This document shows positions 1 through 9,481 of a stretch of 64,000 nucleotides of DNA, in pieces (the first letter of the stretch is position 1; every line of letters starts with the position of its first letter). Source of the stretch: Myxococcota bacterium. GTDB taxonomy: Bacteria; Myxococcota; XYA12-FULL-58-9; JABJBS01. The position numbers were made by a program, and so were the translations under genes. The DNA lies in the NCBI GenBank assembly GCA_036339465.1, contig JAYZAY010000024.1, positions 1-64,000 of the forward strand, written 5' to 3'. The notes beneath the pieces are model-generated. The model had not been told where the DNA came from. It did not search any database and saw only the letters and a program-made list of their open reading frames with translations.

Positions 1-1
1 A

Positions 2-481
2 GGTGCTGACCTGTTTCTCTCGGTTCATGCGAATGCGTTGGAGGACCAACGTGTGGCTGGAGTGGAGACATACTATCTCGATATGACCGATGACCGTTAT
101 GCGTTGAGATTGGCTTCTGTAGAGAACCAGATCCACGAGGAAAAAGTAAGTGAGATACAATTTCATTTGGCTAATTTAGCCAATCAGCTTTCTACGGATG
201 GTTCGCGAGAATTAGCAGGGATGATTCATAAAGCTGCTTTCAGATCGATGCGCTTGTCGGTTCCAGCCATTACGAAAGATCTTGGGGTTAAAAGCTCTCT
301 CTTTTATGTCCTTCTGGGAACCAGGATGCCGGCTGTTTTACTTGAAGCTGGTTTTATTACGAACCCGAGGCAGGCCCAGGTATTGAAGAACCGTCGGTAT
401 GGAAAGAAGCTAAGCAGGGAACTGGCGGATGGGATTCTTGCTTTCTTAAAGAAACGAGAAACGAAATACGCCACTGAATAA
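2..481 (+). CDS. N-acetylmuramoyl-L-alanine amidase (Amidase_3), C-terminal part; 5'-truncated by window edge
   Basis: Frame is open from position 2: GADLFLSVHANA...GVETYY...FYVLLGTRMPAVLLEAGFITN, typical Amidase_3 (AmiA/B/C) motifs. Confidence 0.9.
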   Translation, partial: GADLFLSVHANALEDQRVAGVETYYLDMTDDRYALRLASVENQIHEEKVSEIQFHLANLANQLSTDGSRELAGMIHKAAFRSMRLSVPAITKDLGVKSSLFYVLLGTRMPAVLLEAGFITNPRQAQVLKNRRYGKKLSRELADGILAFLKKRETKYATE

Positions 482-484
482 TAA

Positions 485-495
485 GGGGGGGGGGG
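485..495 (+). repeat. G11 homopolymer within the glnD ribosome-binding region
   Basis: ataa-G11-agATG, directly upstream of the start codon at 498. Confidence 0.9.
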
Positions 496-497
496 AG

Positions 498-3152
498 ATG
501 CTCAATCTAAAGGAAACAGTTTCGACTGAGAATGCGGCAGCCAAAGCGACTCTTGAAAAGTTACGCGATGCAGGCCACTCGGGAGAGTTTCTATGTGCTT
601 GGTATTCGCGTTTTACGAGGGGGCTTCTAAAGGATGCATTTCGAAATGTTTTTTCCGGTCATGAGAGGGGCGAACGGGTCGCTCTGTGTGGGTTTGGGAG
701 CATGGTTCGGGATGGGCTTTGTCCGTATTCTGATGTTGATATTGTTATTGTATGTGAGTCGATGTCGGAGGGATTGGAAGAAAAAATCCGAGAGTTTTTA
801 TACGGTTTTTGGGATGGTGGAGTTCAACTGGCGCATACTATCCGGTTTCCCGGAGAAACTCTTCGATTAGCATCTCATGATTTGACTGTAGCTACGGCTC
901 TTCTCGATTCGAAACCTTTGGTGGGTGACGTTTCGTTATTTCGAGCGTACCATGATGAGTATTTTGAACTCGTAAGAAATCCGCGGTTTCGACAGCTTTC
1001 GCGGGAGGTCCTTGAAGGGTGGTTGGAATCGGAATCGGTAGGTCTGAAGGCATTTCAGCTGGAGCCGGATCTAAAGAACGGTGTGGGGGGGGGGCGGTCG
1101 CTTCATCGTTTTGTGTGGGGGGCAAAAGTGGTGTGGAGGATCGCACAATGGGATGACCTCGGTGCCAGAGGGATTTGTTCACCGTTTGATTTAGAGACAA
1201 TTCGTTTTGGGCAACAGGTCTTGTTTGATACTCGGTTGGCACTCCGCTCAGTGGTTCAGAGAAAACAGGATATCTTAAGTGTGGACACTCAAGATGATGT
1301 TGCCCAGATCTTGGGGTTTATGCGGGATGAGGCGGGTGACACGCGTTCTGTTCGGCTTCTACAAGCGGTGTTTAAAGCTAAAACGGCCTTACGTTTGGTT
1401 GTTTACCGATTATTGGAATGCGCGTATGACCGCTTGACGGGCCGTCAACCTTTGAGGGTTCGATACCGGTTTGGTCTTGAGGAACCGGTACTAGATGACC
1501 GGGAACTACGGTTACCAAGCATTCAAATAGATGCGGGGGGAAATGATTCGGACTCGATTCTGAATGCACTTAAGGTTGTACGGACTGCTCAGAGAGAAAG
1601 ACGCACTATTCGCGCCGCCGTGGCGGGTTGGCTTCAGGGGGTTGTTCAAGGAGCGCGTAGTGAAGGATACATAGCCAATCAGGCTTGTTTTGACGTGTTT
1701 TGGGAAATTGTTTTGGAAGGCAATCATGCAGGCTTCGGCTTTTCTCTCTTGCACGAACATGGCCTATTGGAACTCTTGATTACGGAGTTTTATGAGGTGA
1801 GGGGTCTGGTGCAAAGAGATATGTACCATATCTACACGGTTGATGTTCATCTTATTGTTTGCGCGGAACTGGTTGCGCAATTTCTATTGGGGGCGAAATT
1901 TGATTCTGGGCATGGGGACGCTTTACCGAGAGAGGTGAGGGTAATCATTCAGAGGTTGCAGCGACCACATGTGGTTATCTTAGCAGCTCTTTTGCATGAT
2001 ATAGGAAAGGCAATAAGAGGAAAGAGTCATAGTGAGACAGGGGCTTCTATAGCCTGCGCTGTATCGGACCGTATGGGCTGGAGCGAAGTAGATAGGGGGG
2101 ATACTGAATTTCTAGTTCGAGAACACCTTACATTGATGGTGGCCTCACAAAGACGGGACCTAGAAGACCCTGATTTGGTCGAAGGTCTCGTTGATGTCAT
2201 AGGCACTCGTGAACGTCTCGATATGCTTTACCTGTTGAGTTATGCAGATGCACTGGCTACTGGGCCCGAGGCTTTTTCGGATTGGAAGCATGCACTGTTA
2301 CGAGAACTCTATCTTCGGTGTCACCAGGCCTTGTTACAAGGTGGGGAATCGGTGGTTATTGCCAGTAGGGCGGAAGAAAAGATTAATAGAATTGTGGGGG
2401 CATCTGACAGCTCTGAACAAAGAAGGATTCGACAATATCTATTTGATCTGAACGCGAGGGATGTCATTGCACGCGATGATGAGGTTCTTTGGCAGGAGTA
2501 TCCTTTGTGGTGTGAGGTTGTGGATGGGCGAAGTAATATTGCTTGCGACTTTATTAAGAAAAACTTCTCTTATTACGTTTCCATTGTCGGAGGTTGTGAC
2601 GAGCAATTATTTTCTTGGGCATGTGACATCTTTTCTGGCTATGGGATTAACTTGGAAACTGCGTATTTCAGCCGTTTCCTAAGTGGGGTTGGAGATGTTG
2701 TTACGATTCGTTTTGTGGCAGAGCCCGAAAACCGTATTGTAAATGAGGCAGAGGTGTCTCGGTTGATAAGAGAGGTTAAGGCCGGTCGGGATACAGTGCG
2801 TGGAATAAAAGAAAAACGGCAAAAGACCCTTGAACGCGCTAGGAGCTTTTGGCCGACGCGCGGTGGCCGGATTCGACCACGAGTCCTTTTTGACGATGAG
2901 GCGTCGAAGGAATTTTCAGTGGTCGATATTTTTGTGGAAGATCGCATTGGAGTGCTCGGTGAGATTGTACGAATTTTGTCGGATTCAGAGGTGAATATTC
3001 ACCTGGCTCGAATCAGTAGGGAAGGTCGAAAAGCGATTGCGGGGTTTTACCTTTCACAGGGAGAGGAAAGACGGCCGCTTAATGGCGAAGAAAAGCTAGA
3101 ATTGTCGCACCATCTCCTACGTTCACTGAAGTTACCTGAACCTTTTAATTAG
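498..3152 (+). CDS. glnD: [protein-PII] uridylyltransferase/uridylyl-removing enzyme (divergent)
   Basis: Nucleotidyltransferase motif GS..R..LCPYSDVD, LEPDLK..GGGR, YHIYTVDVH, HD motif LLHDIGK, C-terminal ACT domain (DRIGVLGEI...IHLARIS); 884 aa. Confidence 0.88.
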   Translation: MLNLKETVSTENAAAKATLEKLRDAGHSGEFLCAWYSRFTRGLLKDAFRNVFSGHERGERVALCGFGSMVRDGLCPYSDVDIVIVCESMSEGLEEKIREFLYGFWDGGVQLAHTIRFPGETLRLASHDLTVATALLDSKPLVGDVSLFRAYHDEYFELVRNPRFRQLSREVLEGWLESESVGLKAFQLEPDLKNGVGGGRSLHRFVWGAKVVWRIAQWDDLGARGICSPFDLETIRFGQQVLFDTRLALRSVVQRKQDILSVDTQDDVAQILGFMRDEAGDTRSVRLLQAVFKAKTALRLVVYRLLECAYDRLTGRQPLRVRYRFGLEEPVLDDRELRLPSIQIDAGGNDSDSILNALKVVRTAQRERRTIRAAVAGWLQGVVQGARSEGYIANQACFDVFWEIVLEGNHAGFGFSLLHEHGLLELLITEFYEVRGLVQRDMYHIYTVDVHLIVCAELVAQFLLGAKFDSGHGDALPREVRVIIQRLQRPHVVILAALLHDIGKAIRGKSHSETGASIACAVSDRMGWSEVDRGDTEFLVREHLTLMVASQRRDLEDPDLVEGLVDVIGTRERLDMLYLLSYADALATGPEAFSDWKHALLRELYLRCHQALLQGGESVVIASRAEEKINRIVGASDSSEQRRIRQYLFDLNARDVIARDDEVLWQEYPLWCEVVDGRSNIACDFIKKNFSYYVSIVGGCDEQLFSWACDIFSGYGINLETAYFSRFLSGVGDVVTIRFVAEPENRIVNEAEVSRLIREVKAGRDTVRGIKEKRQKTLERARSFWPTRGGRIRPRVLFDDEASKEFSVVDIFVEDRIGVLGEIVRILSDSEVNIHLARISREGRKAIAGFYLSQGEERRPLNGEEKLELSHHLLRSLKLPEPFN

Positions 3153-3377
3153 GGTGGTGGGAGTTGGTCTTGTGTTGATGCGGTGCGCTATCCGCCATCC
3201 GGACAGATTAATGTACTGGATAAATTATCATCGTTGTTTTTCGTGCACATCCAAAGTAAGATCGGACTAGGATTTTGGTGAACGCACTTTCCTCGTTTGT
3301 GGAGATAGCCACTTTCTATTTTTAAGTTCGTCCTTTTGTTTCTGGTTTGGCGGGCGTACTCCTAAGGAGAATGTGTT

Positions 3378-4544
3378 TTGGTGGAAACGGATATATTATC
3401 GAAGGAAGGTAAGCCGGGGATTGCGGGCATTGAACCGGTGTCTGTTGTACCCGGCGGTAGTGCTGAGTTACTAGGTGGCCAGGCTGGGGGCGTCTCTGTG
3501 AACGCGCCGGCGGATGGAATCTCTACTGAGACGGCGTTCCGTTTTGCGAAACTTGTGCACGTATTGTCGGGCCCCTCGATAATCGATAGTTCTTTTCCCC
3601 AATTCCCAAGTCGAAAAGATGTGGATGATTTTGTTCGCCTTTGTGGTTTCGACACGGATAATCCATTAGAAAATCAAAAGCTTGATGAGCTGAGGGTTGA
3701 GGCCGTTGGTTATCTTTCAGAGGTGCATAACCTACAGATGCCCGAAGAGGTTTCAGCGATTAATGATTTGCGCGAACTCTTTTGGACTAGAGATGGCACT
3801 TATTTGGCGGCTGAGGCACGAAGCTATGCGTGTATGTTGCTTAAGGTGATGCACATCTTTTATCGGATGTCGGCTCGAGAATTGGTATGCAATGCCCATG
3901 TGTCTGAGGCGGACCTTTTTAATCGTTTGAGCAGTCGATTTTTTCACATGATTGATTTGATGCGAGCAGAGAAAATCAATGTCCTTGAATATGTGGCGGG
4001 AAAAAAGAAGCGCTACTCTTTGGCCACTAAGTTATTGGCGAAGCGCGATACGTTGGCGACTCATATTTTTGACCGGGTACGGTTTCGGCTGGTTTTGGAT
4101 ACTCGCCATGATCTGGTTCGTTGCTTGGAGTTTCTATTTGGTAAGTTGATTCCTTTTAATAGTGTGATGCCTGGTCAGAGTATCAATGGGATCTTGTCTG
4201 ATCTGGATATCCTGGATTATTTGGATTCATCAACTCGGCAGGCAAGTGATTTGAAAGAGGCAATGCCGCTTAAGCATAGAAATGCACCCAATCCGCAAAA
4301 TAATTTCAGTGGAAGTGGTTATCGGAGTATTAACTTTGTGGCCGAGATACCATTACGAATCGATGATCTCGTTAGAGACGCTAGCCCGGCGATTGCCGTA
4401 GTGCAAACAGAGATTCAGCTTCTCGATAAGGGCACAGAGCAAAGGAACAGCGAGGGGAGCTCTGCGCACTATCTATATAAACGACGACAAACTGAGTTTG
4501 TGAGAAAGCGCTTGTTGGCTAAAGACCATCCATCCGAGATTTAA
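3378..4544 (+). CDS. TIGR04552-like protein with a RelA/SpoT-synthetase-like nucleotidyltransferase domain
   Basis: Motifs KKRYSLATKLLAK, IFDRVRFRLV, SGYRSINFV, TEIQL and SAHYLYK occur in RSH Syn1-5 order; RBS AAGGAG at 3364-3369. Confidence 0.7.
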   Translation: MVETDILSKEGKPGIAGIEPVSVVPGGSAELLGGQAGGVSVNAPADGISTETAFRFAKLVHVLSGPSIIDSSFPQFPSRKDVDDFVRLCGFDTDNPLENQKLDELRVEAVGYLSEVHNLQMPEEVSAINDLRELFWTRDGTYLAAEARSYACMLLKVMHIFYRMSARELVCNAHVSEADLFNRLSSRFFHMIDLMRAEKINVLEYVAGKKKRYSLATKLLAKRDTLATHIFDRVRFRLVLDTRHDLVRCLEFLFGKLIPFNSVMPGQSINGILSDLDILDYLDSSTRQASDLKEAMPLKHRNAPNPQNNFSGSGYRSINFVAEIPLRIDDLVRDASPAIAVVQTEIQLLDKGTEQRNSEGSSAHYLYKRRQTEFVRKRLLAKDHPSEI

Positions 4545-4598
4545 TTATTGGAATCGATGAAAGCAACGGGCGCCCAGGATGAAAACTTGGGGGCCTAC

Positions 4599-4868
4599 CT
4601 AGGCCGAACGAAGCGCGTTGAAGCTAGCTGCGAGCCTGGAAATACGCCTAGAAACAGTGTTTTTATGAAAAACACCCTTCGACCCCGCTCTTCTGAGCTC
4701 GGTTGCGGCGGTTGATAAGAGTTCTTGAGCTTTTGATACGTCACCTTTGGTGAGCGACTCGCGAAAACCTTTAATGGCAGATTTTACCTTACCTTTAACG
4801 CTTTTGTTACGGATAGCTCTCTTGATGTCTTGTCGAGCTCGTTTTGTTGCTGAACGATGATTGGCCAC
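4599..4868 (-). CDS. rpsT: 30S ribosomal protein S20
   Basis: MANHRSATKRARQ...RNKSVK...KGVFHKNTVSRRISRL is the S20 signature; GTG start with AGGAG RBS. Confidence 0.97.
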   Translation of the reverse strand: MANHRSATKRARQDIKRAIRNKSVKGKVKSAIKGFRESLTKGDVSKAQELLSTAATELRRAGSKGVFHKNTVSRRISRLAASFNALRSA

Positions 4869-4951
4869 ACAAATCTCCTAAGGAATCTGTTCTCTGGGAG
4901 ACGCGAACTAATTGAGAAACCTCAGATTGTCAAGATAATTGGAGGAGACCA

Positions 4952-5189
4952 TGTGGATTATATCTTGGTGGCGGCCCCGTATATCTTTCGGTGAAACGGA
5001 TTTTTTTGGCATTGGACTCTCAATCACTGGGGATAATATGGCTTTAGCGACGTTTCCACGAAATATCCTGACGAGAGTTCTTTAAGTTGCCATAGATATT
5101 AGGGAATTCTGGCCGTGATTGTTGTGATATCCACGGAAAACTGGTGGTTATCCACAATGAGCTTTCACTTATCCCCAGATTTACCCACA
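4952..5189. promoter_or_regulatory. DnaA-box cluster
   Basis: Perfect TTATCCACA at 5148-5156. One-mismatch boxes at 5169-5177 (TTATCCCCA), 5181-5189 (TTACCCACA), 4952-4960 and 5028-5036 (both - strand). Two-mismatch box at 5127-5135. Confidence 0.7.
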
Positions 5190-5216
5190 GATTACAGAGG
5201 TGTCTATATGCTTGAT

Positions 5217-6026
5217 CTATTGGCTTTTTGCTTTGAGCCAAAGACCCTCAAGTTGCTGTGGGTTGAGGGGACCCGTCGATTTTTCGGCTGCATTTTCGAC
5301 CCAACGGTACCGGTGGGCGAATTTTTCGGACGCAGCCTGAAGGGCGCTTTCGGGGTCGATACCGAGATGGCGAGAAAGGTTTACGATGGTGTAGAGCACG
5401 TCGCCCAGTTCTTCTTTGAGCTTGGTCTTATCTGTGGGGATATCGTTTTGTAGTAATTCATCAAGTTCCGCTATTTCTTCGTCGAGTTTGGCGCGGGGGC
5501 CCTTCCAGTTCGCCCAATCAAAGCCGAGAGCGGATGCAGCTTTTTCACCCATGCGGTATGCTTTGAGGAGGGCTGGAAAGGCTTTAGGAATGCCGTCGAG
5601 TGCACTGCGGTGACTGTTGTTTTCCCGCTCCTTTTCTTTGATCTGTTCCCAGCTCAACCGAACTTGGGCCGCATTTTCTAGGTCTTTGGTTTCACCGTTT
5701 GCGTTCGGGAATACGTGGGGGTGGCGTCGGACCAACTTGTCGGAAATCCCTTGAATCACGTCGGTGATGCTAAAGTGGTGCTCCCTCCTTATTTCGGATT
5801 GAAAAACGATTTGGAGCAGTAGGTCTCCGAGTTCTTCACAATGGTGTTGTGGGTCTGGTGAGTCGAGCGCATCTAGAACTTCATAGGTTTCCTCGAGAAG
5901 ATAGGGGCGAAGCGATTCCAGGGTTTGCTCTTGGTCCCAAGGACAACCATTAGGAGCTCTGAGGGTGGTCATTATTTCGCAGAGTCGACCGAACGCTTTT
6001 TCCGCACTAGAAAAATCTACTAACAT
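5217..6026 (-). CDS. mazG: Nucleoside triphosphate pyrophosphohydrolase MazG
   Basis: LRAPNGCPWDQEQT...LLEETYEV...EELGDLLLQIVF...RRHPHVF, plus a second MazG domain EELGDVLY. Confidence 0.96.
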   Translation of the reverse strand: MLVDFSSAEKAFGRLCEIMTTLRAPNGCPWDQEQTLESLRPYLLEETYEVLDALDSPDPQHHCEELGDLLLQIVFQSEIRREHHFSITDVIQGISDKLVRRHPHVFPNANGETKDLENAAQVRLSWEQIKEKERENNSHRSALDGIPKAFPALLKAYRMGEKAASALGFDWANWKGPRAKLDEEIAELDELLQNDIPTDKTKLKEELGDVLYTIVNLSRHLGIDPESALQAASEKFAHRYRWVENAAEKSTGPLNPQQLEGLWLKAKSQ

Positions 6027-7723
6027 TACTGGGTCTCCCTATGGATGGGGTAGGTTGGGATTTCTACTCCCTGTATTACTTATCCGGTGTTATTTCGGCA
6101 ACTGACTGACTTTTTAAATCACTTTACTTGGGCCAGTAAGCTCTCATTGGTTACGGATTTAGGGTGCTCCGGAGAAAGTCATAAATGTGTTGAAACGTGC
6201 TCGGGTAGGATTGACAGCTTCCTTTTGGTCGTTTGGGAGGGCTCTACTGTATTCGATCTTTTCATTGGGCAGGTGGCGTTGGCGAGTGAACCCCTATGCC
6301 CAGTGGATGGGGTTGTGTGGGAGGAACCCGGGCAGACCGAACCCACCTCTAGCCACGATGAGTCGGCGTCGACGGACTTAGCTAGATTGAAGGGGAATGG
6401 GCCGAGGTCTGCCTTCGGGGAGATTTGGCAGCGCAGTTTAGGGGTTTCGAGAAGGTGGTTCATTGGATGAGCCGCCATGGTTGGCCAAATCTCGCGGCTT
6501 TATCGTTGGTGTTAGTGTGAGATGAAAGCGTGAATTCATGTGGAGGATGTGACCAACGCGCTTGGCGTGGCCAGGGGAGCGACGGAGTTGCGACCTGGCT
6601 TATCTGTTGGATGGATGTGACAGCAGTCATGCTGGGGCATAAAGAGGCGATTTGGGATTAAATCAAAATTATCTTTGTCCTATTTTCTAATGATGCGAAA
6701 CTTTTGTTCGCCCAAGCAGCTTAGGATGCACAGACCAAGGCCTCGAAACTGAGTTTCGTCGACGTACAAAAGTGGGAGCAAACTCTGTCGCGCTACCCAT
6801 AAAAAATGACGATTGAGCCAGGTCTCAACCCTATTGATATGGGGCGGGTATTATCACTTGGACCATTGCCAAGGGGGGACTCGGTGGGAGTTGTTAGGGA
6901 GTGGGAGTCTGTCGATTACCTGATGCTATCGAACCCGAACCCGAGCATTTATTGAATAGAAATAGATTTTTTCGGCTCGTTATTGGATTTTTGACCCGAT
7001 GTTATTGTTTTTTGGCGAGCCGATGCGCTCGATGGTGCTTTGTTTTTATCCCACAGCGATGTCCGCGGGATGAAGGATTGCGGCTGCTGCAAGGGAGAAA
7101 GGGAGGAGCGTTCGTACTGCGAGGAGGAGGTTGGTGTTTGGAGGTAAGCGACACCGGTTTTGTGCGTGTCGTGAACGTTTTGCGATTCAGGGTATGGTAT
7201 TGGGTAAATTATTGTGTCAGTCTCCGGTTTCGGAATTTGAGACACGGATTATGTCGGCTGAGATTGAAGCTGATGGATGTCTGAGAATTCATACGAGGGA
7301 CGAACAAGGATCTCGTTTTGACCGTGGCAAACAATCGGTCAAAAAACTTGAGCCGGAGTTTGATCCCTGCATTTGTGGCGTTTGTCTTTTTATTGTTCGG
7401 GAGGTGGTCGTCGCAATTCGTTTCGGCGGTTATGGTTTGAAATGAGTTCGTCAAATTGTGGATTTAGTTCACCGTTATGTCCACCGGGGTTTCGTTTTTA
7501 TGTGGTTTGCTCGGACAGTGGCGTTGGGCCAGATTCCCCACCTCGAATGGGAAATCGAGGGGTATGGTACTTACTGCGGGCGTTTTCGGTGGACGAATCG
7601 CTAAATTGCCTACGAAGGTTGGATTAATGAAAGCGAAGTTTTCTATCCATGGATATTTGAGTGTCAGATGAGGAAACAAGGAACGGGGTTTGAAATATAT
7701 AGAACCTACTTGGTGAGGATTTT

Positions 7724-9481
7724 ATGAAGTTTTGTGTTTTATTGATGTCGCTCATTTTTGTGTCTTTGCAGGGATGTGGTCTTTTAGAGCAAGAGGGTGG
7801 TGAAGACGGGATGAGTGTTGAGGCGGTAGCCTGTGGCGCGGACGGTGAGTGTCCTGATGGGCAAGTCTGCCGTTCGGAAACTGCCAGCGGTTCGAAGGTC
7901 TGTCGAAATGCGAAAATCGGTGAGGAGCATTTCTTTGCTCGGGTTTCGTTAGCTGTAGCCAGTTCCGATGAGATTCACCTTGTGACCGTGTTTAGACTTC
8001 CCCAAGGCGTTGACGGTGGGCAACGTCCTGCGGAGGTTCCCTCAGAGCAGTTTATTCCCTTTAGCCTGACCGCCGCGCAATCGCAGAGTGGACTGAGTGC
8101 GAAGATTCATCGAGTCCGAAGGACGCGAGAAGAGATGGTTTCAAGTCCACGTAGCCGTTGGGATTTCCATCGCCATCAAGTGGGTGCGAAGATCAGTGAG
8201 TCTCATCGGGTTTTCCCAGGCCTATGGTACAATACGGATCTTGAATCTTCAGGCTGCACCGAGTGTTTGGATGGGGAAGTCTGCTGGAAGGGACAATGCG
8301 CGTCGTCGCTTACTGCAAAGTTTGAAGATGGGTCCGATGTTGCATGTTCGCGGGGCACCGTTGTTGGGGAGTCTGGACATAACCTAGGGGTGGTGTTCGA
8401 TAGTACGATTGAGGATGGGGATATTGCGTTTTTGAAAGCGGCGGCTGAAACGGCGTTGAAAAGTTTTACCGACCTTTATGCGCTCATGGATTTGAATGAC
8501 GAAAAATTGAAAGAGGTAGATATTGATGGCAATGGTTACCCACTGCTGGTGTTTACGAATAAAACATCTAGCAATGTCGGTACCGATGTGGTCGGATTTT
8601 ACAATCCAGCTGATCTTGCTGCTGCTGGAACTTCGGGGGCTACGGGAAACGAATCTGATATCCTTTGGGTCCGCCCCCCTAAGGATGAAGCGGGTAAAAG
8701 ATTGGCCGTTTCTACTATCCTGCATGAGTATTTTCATCTTCTCAATTTTAGCTATCGAACATTCGTTAAGGGATATAGACAAGAGTCTTTATGGCTGGAT
8801 GAGGCGCAGGCTCATTTGATCGAAGATCTGATGGGATATCAGGACGCCAATAGCAGTATCCTGGAAAGTGTTACCTCCCAGTTTAGTGACCCCTCAAGTC
8901 CGAGGTGGCCCGATGTCGGCTTTGCGACTTCTACTTTGAGAATTCGAGACGATTCTGAGACTCGCCGTGGCCAGGGCTATCTCCTTTTGCGTCACTATAT
9001 TGATGTGGAGTCGAAGCGGGCGGGTGCGGGGTCGGCCTCGTTAATGGAAGTGAAAGTTACAGCGCAAGAGCTGTATCGGTCACTTTTGGAGGATTCTAAG
9101 CTTGGTTTTTCACATAAGCTTTTTGATGGGTGGGATGACACGCGCCACGGGAATTTTCTGCTGGGGGTTTTTGCGACCCAATCTGAACAATATTCGGCCG
9201 TGGATTCGTCGGTGATTTATCTGCCTAGACCGGCCGGAGAGAAAACGGGGGCATGGCTGAGGGGGGACTTTCAAGATACTTCGGGAAAAACGTTTTTGCT
9301 GGAAGGACCATACGCTGAAGACTACTCTGACCCGATTTTCGATTTTGAAGGGGACAGCTATGAATTGGTAGACTCTGGGGCCCAGTATTTTCTACTCAGC
9401 GGTATGGAGGTCGGAACTTATCAACTTGAAGGAAAATCCGATGAGGTCGGGATAGCTTTAAAGGTTACAAGGTTGAAATGA
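7724..9481 (+). CDS. Zinc metallopeptidase-like lipoprotein (HEXXH...E, peptidase M30-like) with Cys-rich N-terminal modules
   Basis: Lipobox SLQGC; CGADGECPDGQVC module; TILHEYFHL followed by WLDEAQAH (third zinc ligand). Confidence 0.7.
   Translation: MKFCVLLMSLIFVSLQGCGLLEQEGGEDGMSVEAVACGADGECPDGQVCRSETASGSKVCRNAKIGEEHFFARVSLAVASSDEIHLVTVFRLPQGVDGGQRPAEVPSEQFIPFSLTAAQSQSGLSAKIHRVRRTREEMVSSPRSRWDFHRHQVGAKISESHRVFPGLWYNTDLESSGCTECLDGEVCWKGQCASSLTAKFEDGSDVACSRGTVVGESGHNLGVVFDSTIEDGDIAFLKAAAETALKSFTDLYALMDLNDEKLKEVDIDGNGYPLLVFTNKTSSNVGTDVVGFYNPADLAAAGTSGATGNESDILWVRPPKDEAGKRLAVSTILHEYFHLLNFSYRTFVKGYRQESLWLDEAQAHLIEDLMGYQDANSSILESVTSQFSDPSSPRWPDVGFATSTLRIRDDSETRRGQGYLLLRHYIDVESKRAGAGSASLMEVKVTAQELYRSLLEDSKLGFSHKLFDGWDDTRHGNFLLGVFATQSEQYSAVDSSVIYLPRPAGEKTGAWLRGDFQDTSGKTFLLEGPYAEDYSDPIFDFEGDSYELVDSGAQYFLLSGMEVGTYQLEGKSDEVGIALKVTRLK

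Noticed and set aside
6300..6500. RNase P RNA or other housekeeping ncRNA (GAGGAACCCGGGC resembles the P4 region)
   Set aside because: Lacks GAGGAAAGTCC and the complementary 3' P4 strand; no tmRNA, SRP or 6S hallmarks.
6087..7679. Short ORFs (64-127 aa) in the mazG-peptidase gap as real genes
   Set aside because: They overlap one another on both strands, have no recognisable motifs and show atypical Cys/Arg/Trp-rich composition.
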